From NCBI GenBank assembly GCA_046726195.1, contig JBKPAB010000013.1, forward strand, positions 9,464-73,463: DNA of 64,000 bases, in the 5' to 3' direction. Positions 49,332-57,774 of the stretch are shown in pieces. The position numbers and the translations under genes were made by a program. Numbering within the stretch: the first letter of the stretch is position 1; the number at the start of each line of letters is the position of its first letter. A model generated the notes under the pieces. The model was not told the DNA's origin. It saw only the letters and a list, made by a program, of their open reading frames with translations, and ran no database searches. Source of the stretch: Actinomycetota bacterium. Its GTDB lineage: Bacteria; Actinomycetota; Actinomycetes; Propionibacteriales; Propionibacteriaceae.

Positions 49332-52073
49332 GTGCCGACCAAGACCCAGGTAGCCAGCGCGCCTGCCAGTCACCAGCCTGGGCGGCCCAAGCTGCTGTTG
49401 ATTGACGGCCACTCGATTGCGTACCGGGCCTTCTTCGCGCTGCCCGTCGAGAACTTCTCCACCCAGACCGGCCAGCACACCAATGGGGTGTTCGGGTTCA
49501 CCTCAATGCTGATCAATGTGCTGCGCGACGAAAAGCCAACCCATCTGGGCGTTGCCTTCGATGTCTCGCGCCATACCTTCCGCTCTGAGATTTACAGCGA
49601 ATACAAGGCGAACCGCTCGACGACCCCCGATGAGTTCAGGGGCCAGCTCGATCTGGTCAAGGAGGTACTCAAGGCCCTCAACATTCCCTTCGTGGAAAAG
49701 GAAGGCTTCGAGGCCGACGACGTGATCGCCACCCTCGCATCCCGCGCTGAAGCGGCTGGCTTCGAGGTGTTGATCTGCACCGGCGACCGGGACGTGTTCC
49801 AGTTGGTCAGTGACAACGTGACCGTGCTGTATCCACGCAAAGGTGTCTCCGATCTGGCGCGGATGACGCCCAAGGCGGTCGAGGAGCGGTATTTTGCAAC
49901 GCCCGCTCGCTACCCTGACCTGGCGGCGCTGGTGGGGGAGTCGAGTGACAATCTGCCTGGCGTCCCGGGCGTCGGGCCCAAGACCGCCGCGAAGTGGCTG
50001 GAGATGTACGGCGGGCTGGAGAATCTTGCCGCGCACGCGGGCGAGCTCAAAGGCAAGGCCGCCGAGGCGTTCCAGGAGCGGGTCAACGACGTGCTGCGCA
50101 ATCGGCAAGTCAACAAGTTGGTCTGTGATCTCGAGCTGCCGCTAAGCCTCGATGATCTGGAACGGCGCCCCTGGAACCGTGAGGCGACTCACCAGCTATT
50201 CGATGGTCTCGAGTTCCGGGTGCTGCGTGATCGCTTGCTAGAGGCGCTGCCGAACGAAGCCGAGGTCGTTCCCGAAGGCGGCTTCGACCTCGAGGCGGCG
50301 CGACTCGAGCCAGGTGAGCTCGACAGCTGGCTCGCCGAGCACGCGGCGGGCGACCGTACCGGTGTCGACATCATCGGTTATTGGGGTTCCGGGACCGGCG
50401 ACATCACAGCCCTGTCGCTGGCCGCAGCTGACGGGGCAGCGGCGTACGTCGTGGTCCCCGATCTTGGGCCGGCAGATGAGAACGCGCTCGCGAACTGGCT
50501 CGTCGATCCCGAACGGCATAAGGCAATGCATGATGCCAAAGGCCCGCTGCTGGCCATCTGGGCCCGCGGCTGGGACCTAGCTGGCCTGACGTCCGACACT
50601 CAGCTGGCCGCCTATCTGATCACCCCTGATCAGCGCACCTTCGACCTTGCCGATCTGACGATTCGCCACCTGAAGCGAGAGCTTCGCGTTGAGGGCGCGC
50701 CGGATCTGAGTGACTCTGACCAGCTGGCACTGGACTTCGGCGATGACGACTCGGGCGCAAAGGTGGCGGCGGAGGCCTCGATGGTACGCGCCCGGGCGGT
50801 CATCGATCTCGCCGATGCTCTGGACACCGAGATCGAGCAGCGCAACGGAACCGGCCTGCTTTATGGCGTGGAGCTGCCGCTGCAGCGCACCTTGGCTCGC
50901 ATGGAACAGACCGGTGTGGCGGTAGATGTGGAGCATCTGGAGGCTCTCGAGGCGGGATTCGCGGCCACGGTGAACCGTGCCGCCAGCGACGCGTACGAGG
51001 TGCTGGGCAAGCAGATCAACCTCGGCTCACCTAAACAGCTCCAGGTCGTGCTCTTCGACGAGCTCGGAATGCCCAAAACCAGGCGTACTCGCACCGGCTA
51101 TACCACTGACGCCGAGGCGCTGCAGCAGCTCTACCTAAAGACCGAGCACCCGTTCCTAGCGCATCTGCTCGTGCATCGGGACGCGATCCGGCTCAAGCAG
51201 ACCGTCGAGGGTCTGCTCAAGGCGGTGGCCGACGACGGACGGATCCATACCACGTACGCGCAAACCATTGCATCGACCGGTCGCCTGTCCAGCACCGATC
51301 CGAATCTGCAGAACATCCCGATTCGGACAGAGGAGGGCCGCCGGATCAGGCAGGCGTTCATCGTGGGCGAGGGTTATGACGCGCTGATGTCCGCGGACTA
51401 TTCGCAGATCGAGATGCGAATCATGGCGCACGTCAGCCAGGACGAAAGCCTGATCGAGGCCTTCAAGTCAGGCATGGACTTCCACACCGTCACCGCGTCG
51501 CGGGTCTTTGGGGTCGAGCCGGAGCAGATCACGCCCGCACAGCGGGCCAAGATCAAGGCGATGAACTACGGCTTGGCCTACGGGCTCAGCGCGTACGGAC
51601 TCAGCCAGCAGCTGAACATCGAAGTGTCCGAAGCGGCCGCGCTGATGGAGGAATACTTTGAACGGTTCGGCGGCGTGCGCACCTATCTACATTCATTGGT
51701 CGCTGATGCACGGCGCACGGAATACACCGAAACCATCCTCGGTCGCCGCCGGTACCTGCCGGATCTGATGAGCGACAACCGGCAGCGTCGCGAGATGGCC
51801 GAGCGGATGGCACTGAACGCGCCCATCCAAGGCTCGGCGGCTGACATCATCAAAGTGGCAATGCTCGATGTGGAGAAGGCACTCGACGACGCCCGGATGC
51901 GCAGCCGCATGTTGCTCCAGGTGCACGACGAACTGGTCTTCGAGATCGGGCAGGGGGAGCGCGAGGCGCTCGAGGAGCTGGTACGCACCAAGATGGGCCA
52001 CGCCGTCGCTCTGAATGTTCCGCTCGAGGTGTCGGTGGGTGTCGGCCGGTCGTGGCATGACGCTGCGCATTAA
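49332..52073 (+). CDS. polA: DNA polymerase I
   Basis: LIDGHS.AYRAFFA, FEADD, GESSDNLPGVPGVGPKTA, GRLSS.DPNLQNIP, DYSQIE.R, K.MNYGL.YG, QVHDE. Confidence 0.98.
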   Translation: MPTKTQVASAPASHQPGRPKLLLIDGHSIAYRAFFALPVENFSTQTGQHTNGVFGFTSMLINVLRDEKPTHLGVAFDVSRHTFRSEIYSEYKANRSTTPDEFRGQLDLVKEVLKALNIPFVEKEGFEADDVIATLASRAEAAGFEVLICTGDRDVFQLVSDNVTVLYPRKGVSDLARMTPKAVEERYFATPARYPDLAALVGESSDNLPGVPGVGPKTAAKWLEMYGGLENLAAHAGELKGKAAEAFQERVNDVLRNRQVNKLVCDLELPLSLDDLERRPWNREATHQLFDGLEFRVLRDRLLEALPNEAEVVPEGGFDLEAARLEPGELDSWLAEHAAGDRTGVDIIGYWGSGTGDITALSLAAADGAAAYVVVPDLGPADENALANWLVDPERHKAMHDAKGPLLAIWARGWDLAGLTSDTQLAAYLITPDQRTFDLADLTIRHLKRELRVEGAPDLSDSDQLALDFGDDDSGAKVAAEASMVRARAVIDLADALDTEIEQRNGTGLLYGVELPLQRTLARMEQTGVAVDVEHLEALEAGFAATVNRAASDAYEVLGKQINLGSPKQLQVVLFDELGMPKTRRTRTGYTTDAEALQQLYLKTEHPFLAHLLVHRDAIRLKQTVEGLLKAVADDGRIHTTYAQTIASTGRLSSTDPNLQNIPIRTEEGRRIRQAFIVGEGYDALMSADYSQIEMRIMAHVSQDESLIEAFKSGMDFHTVTASRVFGVEPEQITPAQRAKIKAMNYGLAYGLSAYGLSQQLNIEVSEAAALMEEYFERFGGVRTYLHSLVADARRTEYTETILGRRRYLPDLMSDNRQRREMAERMALNAPIQGSAADIIKVAMLDVEKALDDARMRSRMLLQVHDELVFEIGQGEREALEELVRTKMGHAVALNVPLEVSVGVGRSWHDAAH

Positions 52074-52077
52074 GTTC

Positions 52078-52196
52078 CGAGCCGCTGGCGCAATCGCTCG
52101 TGGAATCCGCCGCCGTCGTCGTCGCTCGCAGACGAAAGAGGGCCCTCTGCTCTCTCTTCCTCCGTGCTGCGGCGCGCGATTTTCCCCACGCCGCAG
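52078..52196. repeat. Family B2 element, intergenic copy after polA
   Basis: Reverse complement aligns with 19950-20066; its first ~60 nt also resemble the start of family B1 (32357-32420). Confidence 0.8.
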
Positions 52197-52204
52197 GCAT
52201 CAGC

Positions 52205-52231
52205 GCATCATCGAACTTGATGCTATGATGC
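52205..52231. promoter_or_regulatory. Putative vapBC promoter/operator (leaderless)
   Basis: GCATCA-N7-TGATGC palindrome plus a second TGATGC; TATGAT -10 six nt before the GTG. Confidence 0.55.
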
Positions 52232-52235
52232 ACAC

Positions 52236-52490
52236 GTGCGCACAACGATCACTCTTACGCCCGAGGCCGAAGCTCTTGTTAAGAAAGCGATGGCCGAGCG
52301 GAAGATGTCCTTCAAGCAGGTCGTGAACGAGGCGATTATCCGCGGGCTGGTCGCGGATCGCCGTCCATACGAGTTCCACCTGAAAACACACAAGATGGGT
52401 CAGCCACGAATCAATCTTGACAAGGCGACTCAGATTGCTGGCGAGCTAGACACCCAGGACTTTCTCCAAAAGATGCGGTCGGGTCAGTGA
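52236..52490 (+). CDS. vapB: VapB-type ribbon-helix-helix antitoxin
   Basis: MRTTITL...MSFKQVVNEAIIRGL; overlaps the downstream PIN gene. Confidence 0.82.
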   Translation: MRTTITLTPEAEALVKKAMAERKMSFKQVVNEAIIRGLVADRRPYEFHLKTHKMGQPRINLDKATQIAGELDTQDFLQKMRSGQ

Positions 52491-52927
52491 AGCTGGCCGA
52501 CTCCAACGTGCTCATCTTTGCCGTCCACGAAGAGGCCAAGCATCACGAAGCCGCTCTGACGTGGGTCGAGAGAACCCTCTCTGCAGGCGAAGCAACGATC
52601 TTGCCGTGGCTATGTCTGGTGTCTTTCATGCGCATTAGTACTCATCCGGACATCTATCCGCATCCGCTGTCCATTGAGGACGCTTTGGAAAATGTCGATG
52701 CCTGGCTCGCCGTACCCAGTGTTATTACCGGAGACCCTGATCGCCATCACGCTCGCCGGATGCGAGAGCTACTGAGTTACAGCGGGCGCGGGGGCAATCT
52801 TGTTAATGACGCCCATCTCGCAGCGCTCGCGCTGCAGTACGGCGCAACCGTGGTGACCTATGACCATGACTTCGCATTGTTTCCCGGCATCCGCTGGGAG
52901 CGTCCCGGGCCAATCGCAGAGAACTGA
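52487..52927 (+). CDS. vapC: VapC PIN-domain toxin
   Basis: DSNVLIFA, GNLVNDAHLAALAL, VTYDHDF..FPG..W. Confidence 0.9.
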   Translation: MKLADSNVLIFAVHEEAKHHEAALTWVERTLSAGEATILPWLCLVSFMRISTHPDIYPHPLSIEDALENVDAWLAVPSVITGDPDRHHARRMRELLSYSGRGGNLVNDAHLAALALQYGATVVTYDHDFALFPGIRWERPGPIAEN

Positions 52928-53125
52928 CCGCGCCAATGTTTGACCCTGTTTGGGGCGCGGCGCTAACCTAAACCGTCGCTGTGGCCTGCGCGACTTCGGA
53001 CAGAGTAGGTCACGCTCGTACGGGGCGGATTGTCGTCAGCTGTTGGTTGAACCTCTTCGTGTGTACGGATCGGGTCACAGCCACGCCCACAACATCATCA
53101 TCAACCACCGTCGGAGCCCTACTAC

Positions 53126-54583
53126 ATGACGTCCTCCCTTGAGGCACCACCACAGGTCGCCGTCGACGACCTCGGTTCACCCGAAGCCTTCCTCGAGGCA
53201 ATCGACAAGACCATCAAGTACTTCAATGACGGTGATATCGTCACCGGCACTGTGGTCAAGGTGGACCGCGACGAGGTACTTCTCGACATCGGCTACAAGA
53301 CCGAAGGGGTTATCCCCTCCAAGGAACTCTCGATCAAGCATGACGTCGACCCATTCGAAGTGGTCAGCGTTGGTGATCAGGTCGAGGCCCTTGTCCAGCA
53401 GAAAGAGGACAAGGAAGGTCGCCTCATTCTGTCCAAGAAGCGCGCCCAGTACGAGCGTGCCTGGGGCACCATCGAGAAGATCAAGGAGGAGGACGGCGTC
53501 GTCACCGGCAAGGTCATCGAGGTGGTCAAGGGCGGCCTGATCATCGACATCGGCCTGCGTGGCTTCCTGCCCGCCTCGCTCGTTGAGATGCGACGGGTCC
53601 GTGATCTTCAGCCCTACGTCGGCATGGAGCTTGAGGCCAAGATCATCGAACTCGACAAGAACCGGAACAACGTGGTGCTGTCCCGCCGCGCTTGGTTGGA
53701 GCAGACCCAATCCGAGGTGCGCCAGAACTTCTTGACTCAGTTGCAAAAAGGTCAGATCCGGCGTGGTGTGGTGTCATCGATCGTCAACTTCGGCGCATTT
53801 GTCGATCTTGGTGGTGTGGATGGCCTGGTGCATGTCTCAGAGCTGTCATGGAAGCACATCGACCATCCGTCAGAGGTAGTCGAGGTCGGCCAGGAGGTCA
53901 CCGTCGAGGTGCTCGACGTTGACATGGATCGCGAGCGCGTCTCATTGTCGCTCAAGGCGACTCAGGAAGACCCGTGGCAGGCGTTTGCCCGGACCCATCA
54001 GATCGGCCAAATCGTGCCGGGTCGGGTGACCAAGCTCGTCCCCTTCGGCGCCTTCGTTCGCGTGGAAGAGGGCATCGAGGGCCTGGTGCACGTTTCCGAA
54101 CTTGCCGAACGGCACGTGGAGATTCCGGAGCAGGTCGTCCAGGTGAATGACGATGTCATGGTCAAGATCATCGACATCGATCTGGACCGGAGGCGGATCT
54201 CGTTGTCGCTCAAGCAGGCGAACGAGGGTGTCGACGCGACTGCCGACGACTTCGATCCGACGCTTTACGGTATGACCGCCTCCTACGACGAACAGGGCAA
54301 TTACCTCTACCCGGAGGGTTTCGACCCCGAAACCGGCGAGTGGCTCGAAGGCTACGAGGAGCAGCGGGCGGCCTGGGAGCAGCAGTACGCCGAGGCGCAC
54401 GCACGTTGGGAGGCGCACAAGAAGCAGGTCGAGGCCGACGGCGCCGCCGCCGCCGCCTCCTCATCCTCCTCGAATTACGCCTCTGATGGCGCGCCAGCAC
54501 CAACCCCAGGCGGGTCGGAGGGCTCGCTAGCCTCAGACGAGGCTCTGCAAGCGCTCCGTCAGAAGCTCACCGGCGGTAGCTGA
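53126..54583 (+). CDS. rpsA: 30S ribosomal protein S1
   Basis: KYFNDGDIVTGTVVKVDRDEVLLDIGYKTEG; repeated S1 domains; LAALR-type C-terminus. Confidence 0.98.
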   Translation: MTSSLEAPPQVAVDDLGSPEAFLEAIDKTIKYFNDGDIVTGTVVKVDRDEVLLDIGYKTEGVIPSKELSIKHDVDPFEVVSVGDQVEALVQQKEDKEGRLILSKKRAQYERAWGTIEKIKEEDGVVTGKVIEVVKGGLIIDIGLRGFLPASLVEMRRVRDLQPYVGMELEAKIIELDKNRNNVVLSRRAWLEQTQSEVRQNFLTQLQKGQIRRGVVSSIVNFGAFVDLGGVDGLVHVSELSWKHIDHPSEVVEVGQEVTVEVLDVDMDRERVSLSLKATQEDPWQAFARTHQIGQIVPGRVTKLVPFGAFVRVEEGIEGLVHVSELAERHVEIPEQVVQVNDDVMVKIIDIDLDRRRISLSLKQANEGVDATADDFDPTLYGMTASYDEQGNYLYPEGFDPETGEWLEGYEEQRAAWEQQYAEAHARWEAHKKQVEADGAAAAASSSSSNYASDGAPAPTPGGSEGSLASDEALQALRQKLTGGS

Positions 54584-54596
54584 TCGGCGTATGAGC

Positions 54597-54670
54597 GCTG
54601 AGCCCTTCGACGAGCTCAGGACGGCGCTTGTCGAAGCGCGAAATGCACCCTTCGACAGGCTCAGGGCGCA
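54597..54670. repeat. REP-like family A, nested form plus inverted partner
   Basis: GCTGAGC[CCTTCGACGAGCTCAGGACGGCG]CTTGTCGAAGC, then CCTTCGACAGGCTCAGGG. Confidence 0.88.
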
Positions 54671-54697
54671 CTTAGAACCCAGCCGAAGCTGCATAGG

Positions 54698-55306
54698 TTG
54701 CTGGGCGTGTTAAGGGTCGGCCTTACCGGAGGGATCGCGTCTGGAAAGAGCCTGGTCGCCGATGAGCTTGCGGCCCGCGGTGCGATCATTATCGACGCCG
54801 ACGTGCTGGCACGTGAGGTGGTCCAACCTGGCACCGCTGCGCTCGCCGCCATTGTCGAGCGGTTCGGTCCACAAGTAATGCTCGATGGGCAGCTCAATCG
54901 GGTGCGGCTTGCCGAGATCGTGTTCGCTGATCCGCTTGCGCGCCAAGATCTGGAGCGGATCGTGCACCCCGCCGTACGCGCCAAGGCTGCCGAGTTGGAG
55001 CGGGCAGCCGGCTCTGCTGCCGTTGTGGTTCATGTCATCCCACTGCTGGTCGAGACCGGTCAACAGCAGGAGTTCGATTTCGTCGTGACTGTCGATGTTG
55101 ATCAGGAAACTCAGATCCACAGGTTGATGGCGCGTAACGGCTTCAGTCGCGCCCAGGCGGAGGCCAGAATCGCCGCCCAAGCCAGCCGCGAAGATCGCAA
55201 GATCGCGGCCGATCTGGTCCTGGACAACACCGGCAGCGTTGCCCAACTGAGGGACCAAGTCGCTGCACTGTGGGCCGTACTGACTTCCGCCGCTGCCCGA
55301 CAATGA
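54698..55306 (+). CDS. coaE: Dephospho-CoA kinase
   Basis: VGLTGGIASGKS, IDADVLAREVV, IVHPAV, IPLLVE. Confidence 0.95.
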   Translation: MLGVLRVGLTGGIASGKSLVADELAARGAIIIDADVLAREVVQPGTAALAAIVERFGPQVMLDGQLNRVRLAEIVFADPLARQDLERIVHPAVRAKAAELERAAGSAAVVVHVIPLLVETGQQQEFDFVVTVDVDQETQIHRLMARNGFSRAQAEARIAAQASREDRKIAADLVLDNTGSVAQLRDQVAALWAVLTSAAARQ

Positions 55307-55388
55307 CATACTCGCAGTGCTCCGGTCGCGAGAGCCACGGCTTGTTCGAGCGGTCCACGCATCAGATGCAGGTTCAAGGAGGTCAAGG

Positions 55389-56738
55389 TTGGAATGCCCA
55401 CGGTGTCGGGCTGAGCTCCCCGAAGTCGCACACTTCTGCCACGTTTGTGGACAGGACCAGCGCTCGGCGGATTTCGCTAGAAGGAAATCATTTGCCGCAA
55501 AGCCTGACGAACCGGTCGCCTCGTTTGCGCTGATCTCCTCGATCATGCCCCGAGGTGCCGGCCAGCGTCCGCAGACGTATCGGATCGCGTTGACCATTGC
55601 GATTGTCGTCGCCATGATCGCGGCGATCTTCGGTGCGATGCCGATAGCGGTCCTGGTGGCTGCGTTCGCTGTGCCGGTCGTCTACATCGTCTACCTATAC
55701 GACGTCAACCAGTGGGAAGACGAGCCCGTCATCGTGACCGGCCTCGCCTTCCTTTTGACCGGCGCGCTCACGGTCGGGGTGACAATCTTGTGGACCTACC
55801 TCCGAGGACCGGTGCCATATGGCACAACGACCTTCGAGGGATCGCTGAGTGCTGCACCGACAGTCGGCACGTTCTTGCTGGTGGCACTGGCCGTACCGAT
55901 CGTCGGTGAAGTGATCCGGCAGATCGGTCCTGTCTTGCTCGCCAGCCGCCCAGAGTTCGACGACCTGATGGATGGACTGACCTTTGGCGTGGTCAGCGGG
56001 GTCTCATACTCCTGCTTCGACACTCTGACTCGTCATTGGGATCTGTTGACCGGCGGAGTGCAAGCTCAGGACCCTGGCCTGTGGGTGTCGTTGGTCTTCC
56101 TTGAGGGCTTCGTCAAACCGCTGATCATCGGGACAGCTAGCGGCATCGCTGTGGCCGAGTTCTCCGGGCTAGGTCGCGGCTATGACGGCTTCACGCCGCG
56201 TTACTTCCGCGGGGTCGGCGAGGCGATCTTGGCGAACGCGGCTTATCAGGCCGGCACGTACCTGTTCTCCTTTGTCGGTGATGCCACGCTCGGCGTGATC
56301 TTGAGCATTCTCTGGGGCTTGCTCATCTTGGCGATATTGATCTTGCGAGTACGCAATGTGCTGCATGTTGGTCTAATGGAGGCGGCGCTGGAGCGGTCGG
56401 TGCGAGCAGGCGAGATCGGGGCAACCGGTGAACAGCAGTTCTGCGCGCAGTGTGAGATGCCGCTGCTCGATCATGCCGCCTTCTGCAATGCCTGCGGTAC
56501 AGCGGTAAGGGTGCAACCCAAGGCAGCAAAGCCAAGGGTGGGAGCAGTGCTCACGGCCGCCGGGCCGGGCGAGTCGATCGTTCCCGGCTTCGACACGCCC
56601 GTGGCTGGTGAGCAGCCAGAGCTGCCGGTTGATCATGAGGCTGCGGCAGCGGCCGACGAGACCACCGTCCACCAGCAGACCAGTGAGGGGGACGAGGCGC
56701 GAGACCGGTTCTACGACGAAGAGGAGGGCCGGCCGTGA
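55389..56738 (+). CDS. PrsW-like intramembrane protein with N- and C-terminal zinc ribbons; catalytic motifs degenerate
   Basis: AAGGAGG RBS before TTG; CPRC..FCHVCG and CAQC..FCNACG; DVNQWEDEP, EFDDLMDGLTFG..SG segments like PrsW. Confidence 0.7.
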   Translation: MECPRCRAELPEVAHFCHVCGQDQRSADFARRKSFAAKPDEPVASFALISSIMPRGAGQRPQTYRIALTIAIVVAMIAAIFGAMPIAVLVAAFAVPVVYIVYLYDVNQWEDEPVIVTGLAFLLTGALTVGVTILWTYLRGPVPYGTTTFEGSLSAAPTVGTFLLVALAVPIVGEVIRQIGPVLLASRPEFDDLMDGLTFGVVSGVSYSCFDTLTRHWDLLTGGVQAQDPGLWVSLVFLEGFVKPLIIGTASGIAVAEFSGLGRGYDGFTPRYFRGVGEAILANAAYQAGTYLFSFVGDATLGVILSILWGLLILAILILRVRNVLHVGLMEAALERSVRAGEIGATGEQQFCAQCEMPLLDHAAFCNACGTAVRVQPKAAKPRVGAVLTAAGPGESIVPGFDTPVAGEQPELPVDHEAAAAADETTVHQQTSEGDEARDRFYDEEEGRP

Positions 56739-57736
56739 CGCAGGATCCCGGACAGTGGGGGCAGCAAAGCGGTTACCCTCCGCAAGGGCCGGGCGGATAT
56801 CCGCCCCAGCAGCCAGGTGGCTACCCGCCGCAACAGCCGGAAGGCTCGCCGCCACAACAGCCCGAGGGTTATCCCCCTCAACAGCCAAGTAGTTATCCGC
56901 CTCAGCCGCCGGGCGGCTACGGGCCTCCGGTTGCCCCACAGCGTGCTTATGCCCCACAGCCCCCTCCTGGCGGGTACCCACCTCAGCAGCCAGGCGGGTT
57001 CGGGCCCCAGCCGCCCGGCGCTGGCCCTCCCAGCGCTCCAGGCGTACCACCCAAAAAGAGCCCGGTGATCATCATCGCGATCGTGGCCGCCACAATCGTG
57101 CTCCTGGCAGCCGTGGGCGGCATCATCATGGTGCTGACCAGGGGAGGCGCAGATCAGCCGGAGGTCACGATCACTTCGAGCCAGCAGCCGGTACCAACGG
57201 AGGAGCCTACGGCGGAGCCGACCCCGACTGATGGGCCGCAGCCCTCGCCGACCAAGACAACACAGACGACGCCGGGCGGCGCAATCGATATCGGTAATGG
57301 GATCGAGTTGACACCAGCGGCTGGCTGGGAGGTCAAGAAGACTGGCAAGAACGTGGCGCAGCTATCCGATGGCGAAAGTGTCTTCCTGGGTCAGTCGGTG
57401 CAAATCTCGCCCTCCACGAATCCCGGTCAGCTGTGCGAAGCGTGGCACCGAGACGTCGCCGAGGGTACGTCCAACGGCCAGTTCCAGGAAGCCAAGGATG
57501 TCGACCTGAATACTGCCAGGCTCAAGGGAGCGACTTGTGTTGCCCAAGTGACCGTCAGTGGTGGCCAAGGCACGACGAAGCTGTACTTGTTCTCCCTGGT
57601 TTCGGTCAGGCAGAGCGATGGTGTGACGGTTCTTGGCACGGCCTACTTCACACCCAACGTGAACACCGATCAGCTGAACAAAGACTTCACCTCGATGGTG
57701 AATTCGATGCTGCGGACCCAAGCCGCCGGGGGTTAG
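56735..57736 (+). CDS. Single-pass membrane protein with Pro/Gly/Gln-rich repeated N-terminus and unknown extracellular domain
   Basis: Repeated (G/E)GYPPQQP units, one TM (IIIAIVAATIVLLAAVGGIIMVL), Thr/Pro linker; GTG overlaps upstream TGA. Confidence 0.8.
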   Translation: MTQDPGQWGQQSGYPPQGPGGYPPQQPGGYPPQQPEGSPPQQPEGYPPQQPSSYPPQPPGGYGPPVAPQRAYAPQPPPGGYPPQQPGGFGPQPPGAGPPSAPGVPPKKSPVIIIAIVAATIVLLAAVGGIIMVLTRGGADQPEVTITSSQQPVPTEEPTAEPTPTDGPQPSPTKTTQTTPGGAIDIGNGIELTPAAGWEVKKTGKNVAQLSDGESVFLGQSVQISPSTNPGQLCEAWHRDVAEGTSNGQFQEAKDVDLNTARLKGATCVAQVTVSGGQGTTKLYLFSLVSVRQSDGVTVLGTAYFTPNVNTDQLNKDFTSMVNSMLRTQAAGG

Positions 57737-57746
57737 GTGGAGTTTC

Positions 57747-57768
57747 TGTCACAACTCACACGTAGGCT
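57747..57768 (+). promoter_or_regulatory. RecA-NDp/PafBC-type DNA-damage promoter candidate (leaderless uvrB)
   Basis: TGTCAC-N10-TAGGCT versus TGTCRG-N10-TANNNT; six nt before the ATG. Confidence 0.55.
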
Positions 57769-57774
57769 CGCGCC

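Noticed and set aside
52211-52226. SOS box before vapB
   Set aside because: Only the left half TCGAAC matches; better explained by the GCATCA/TGATGC operator.
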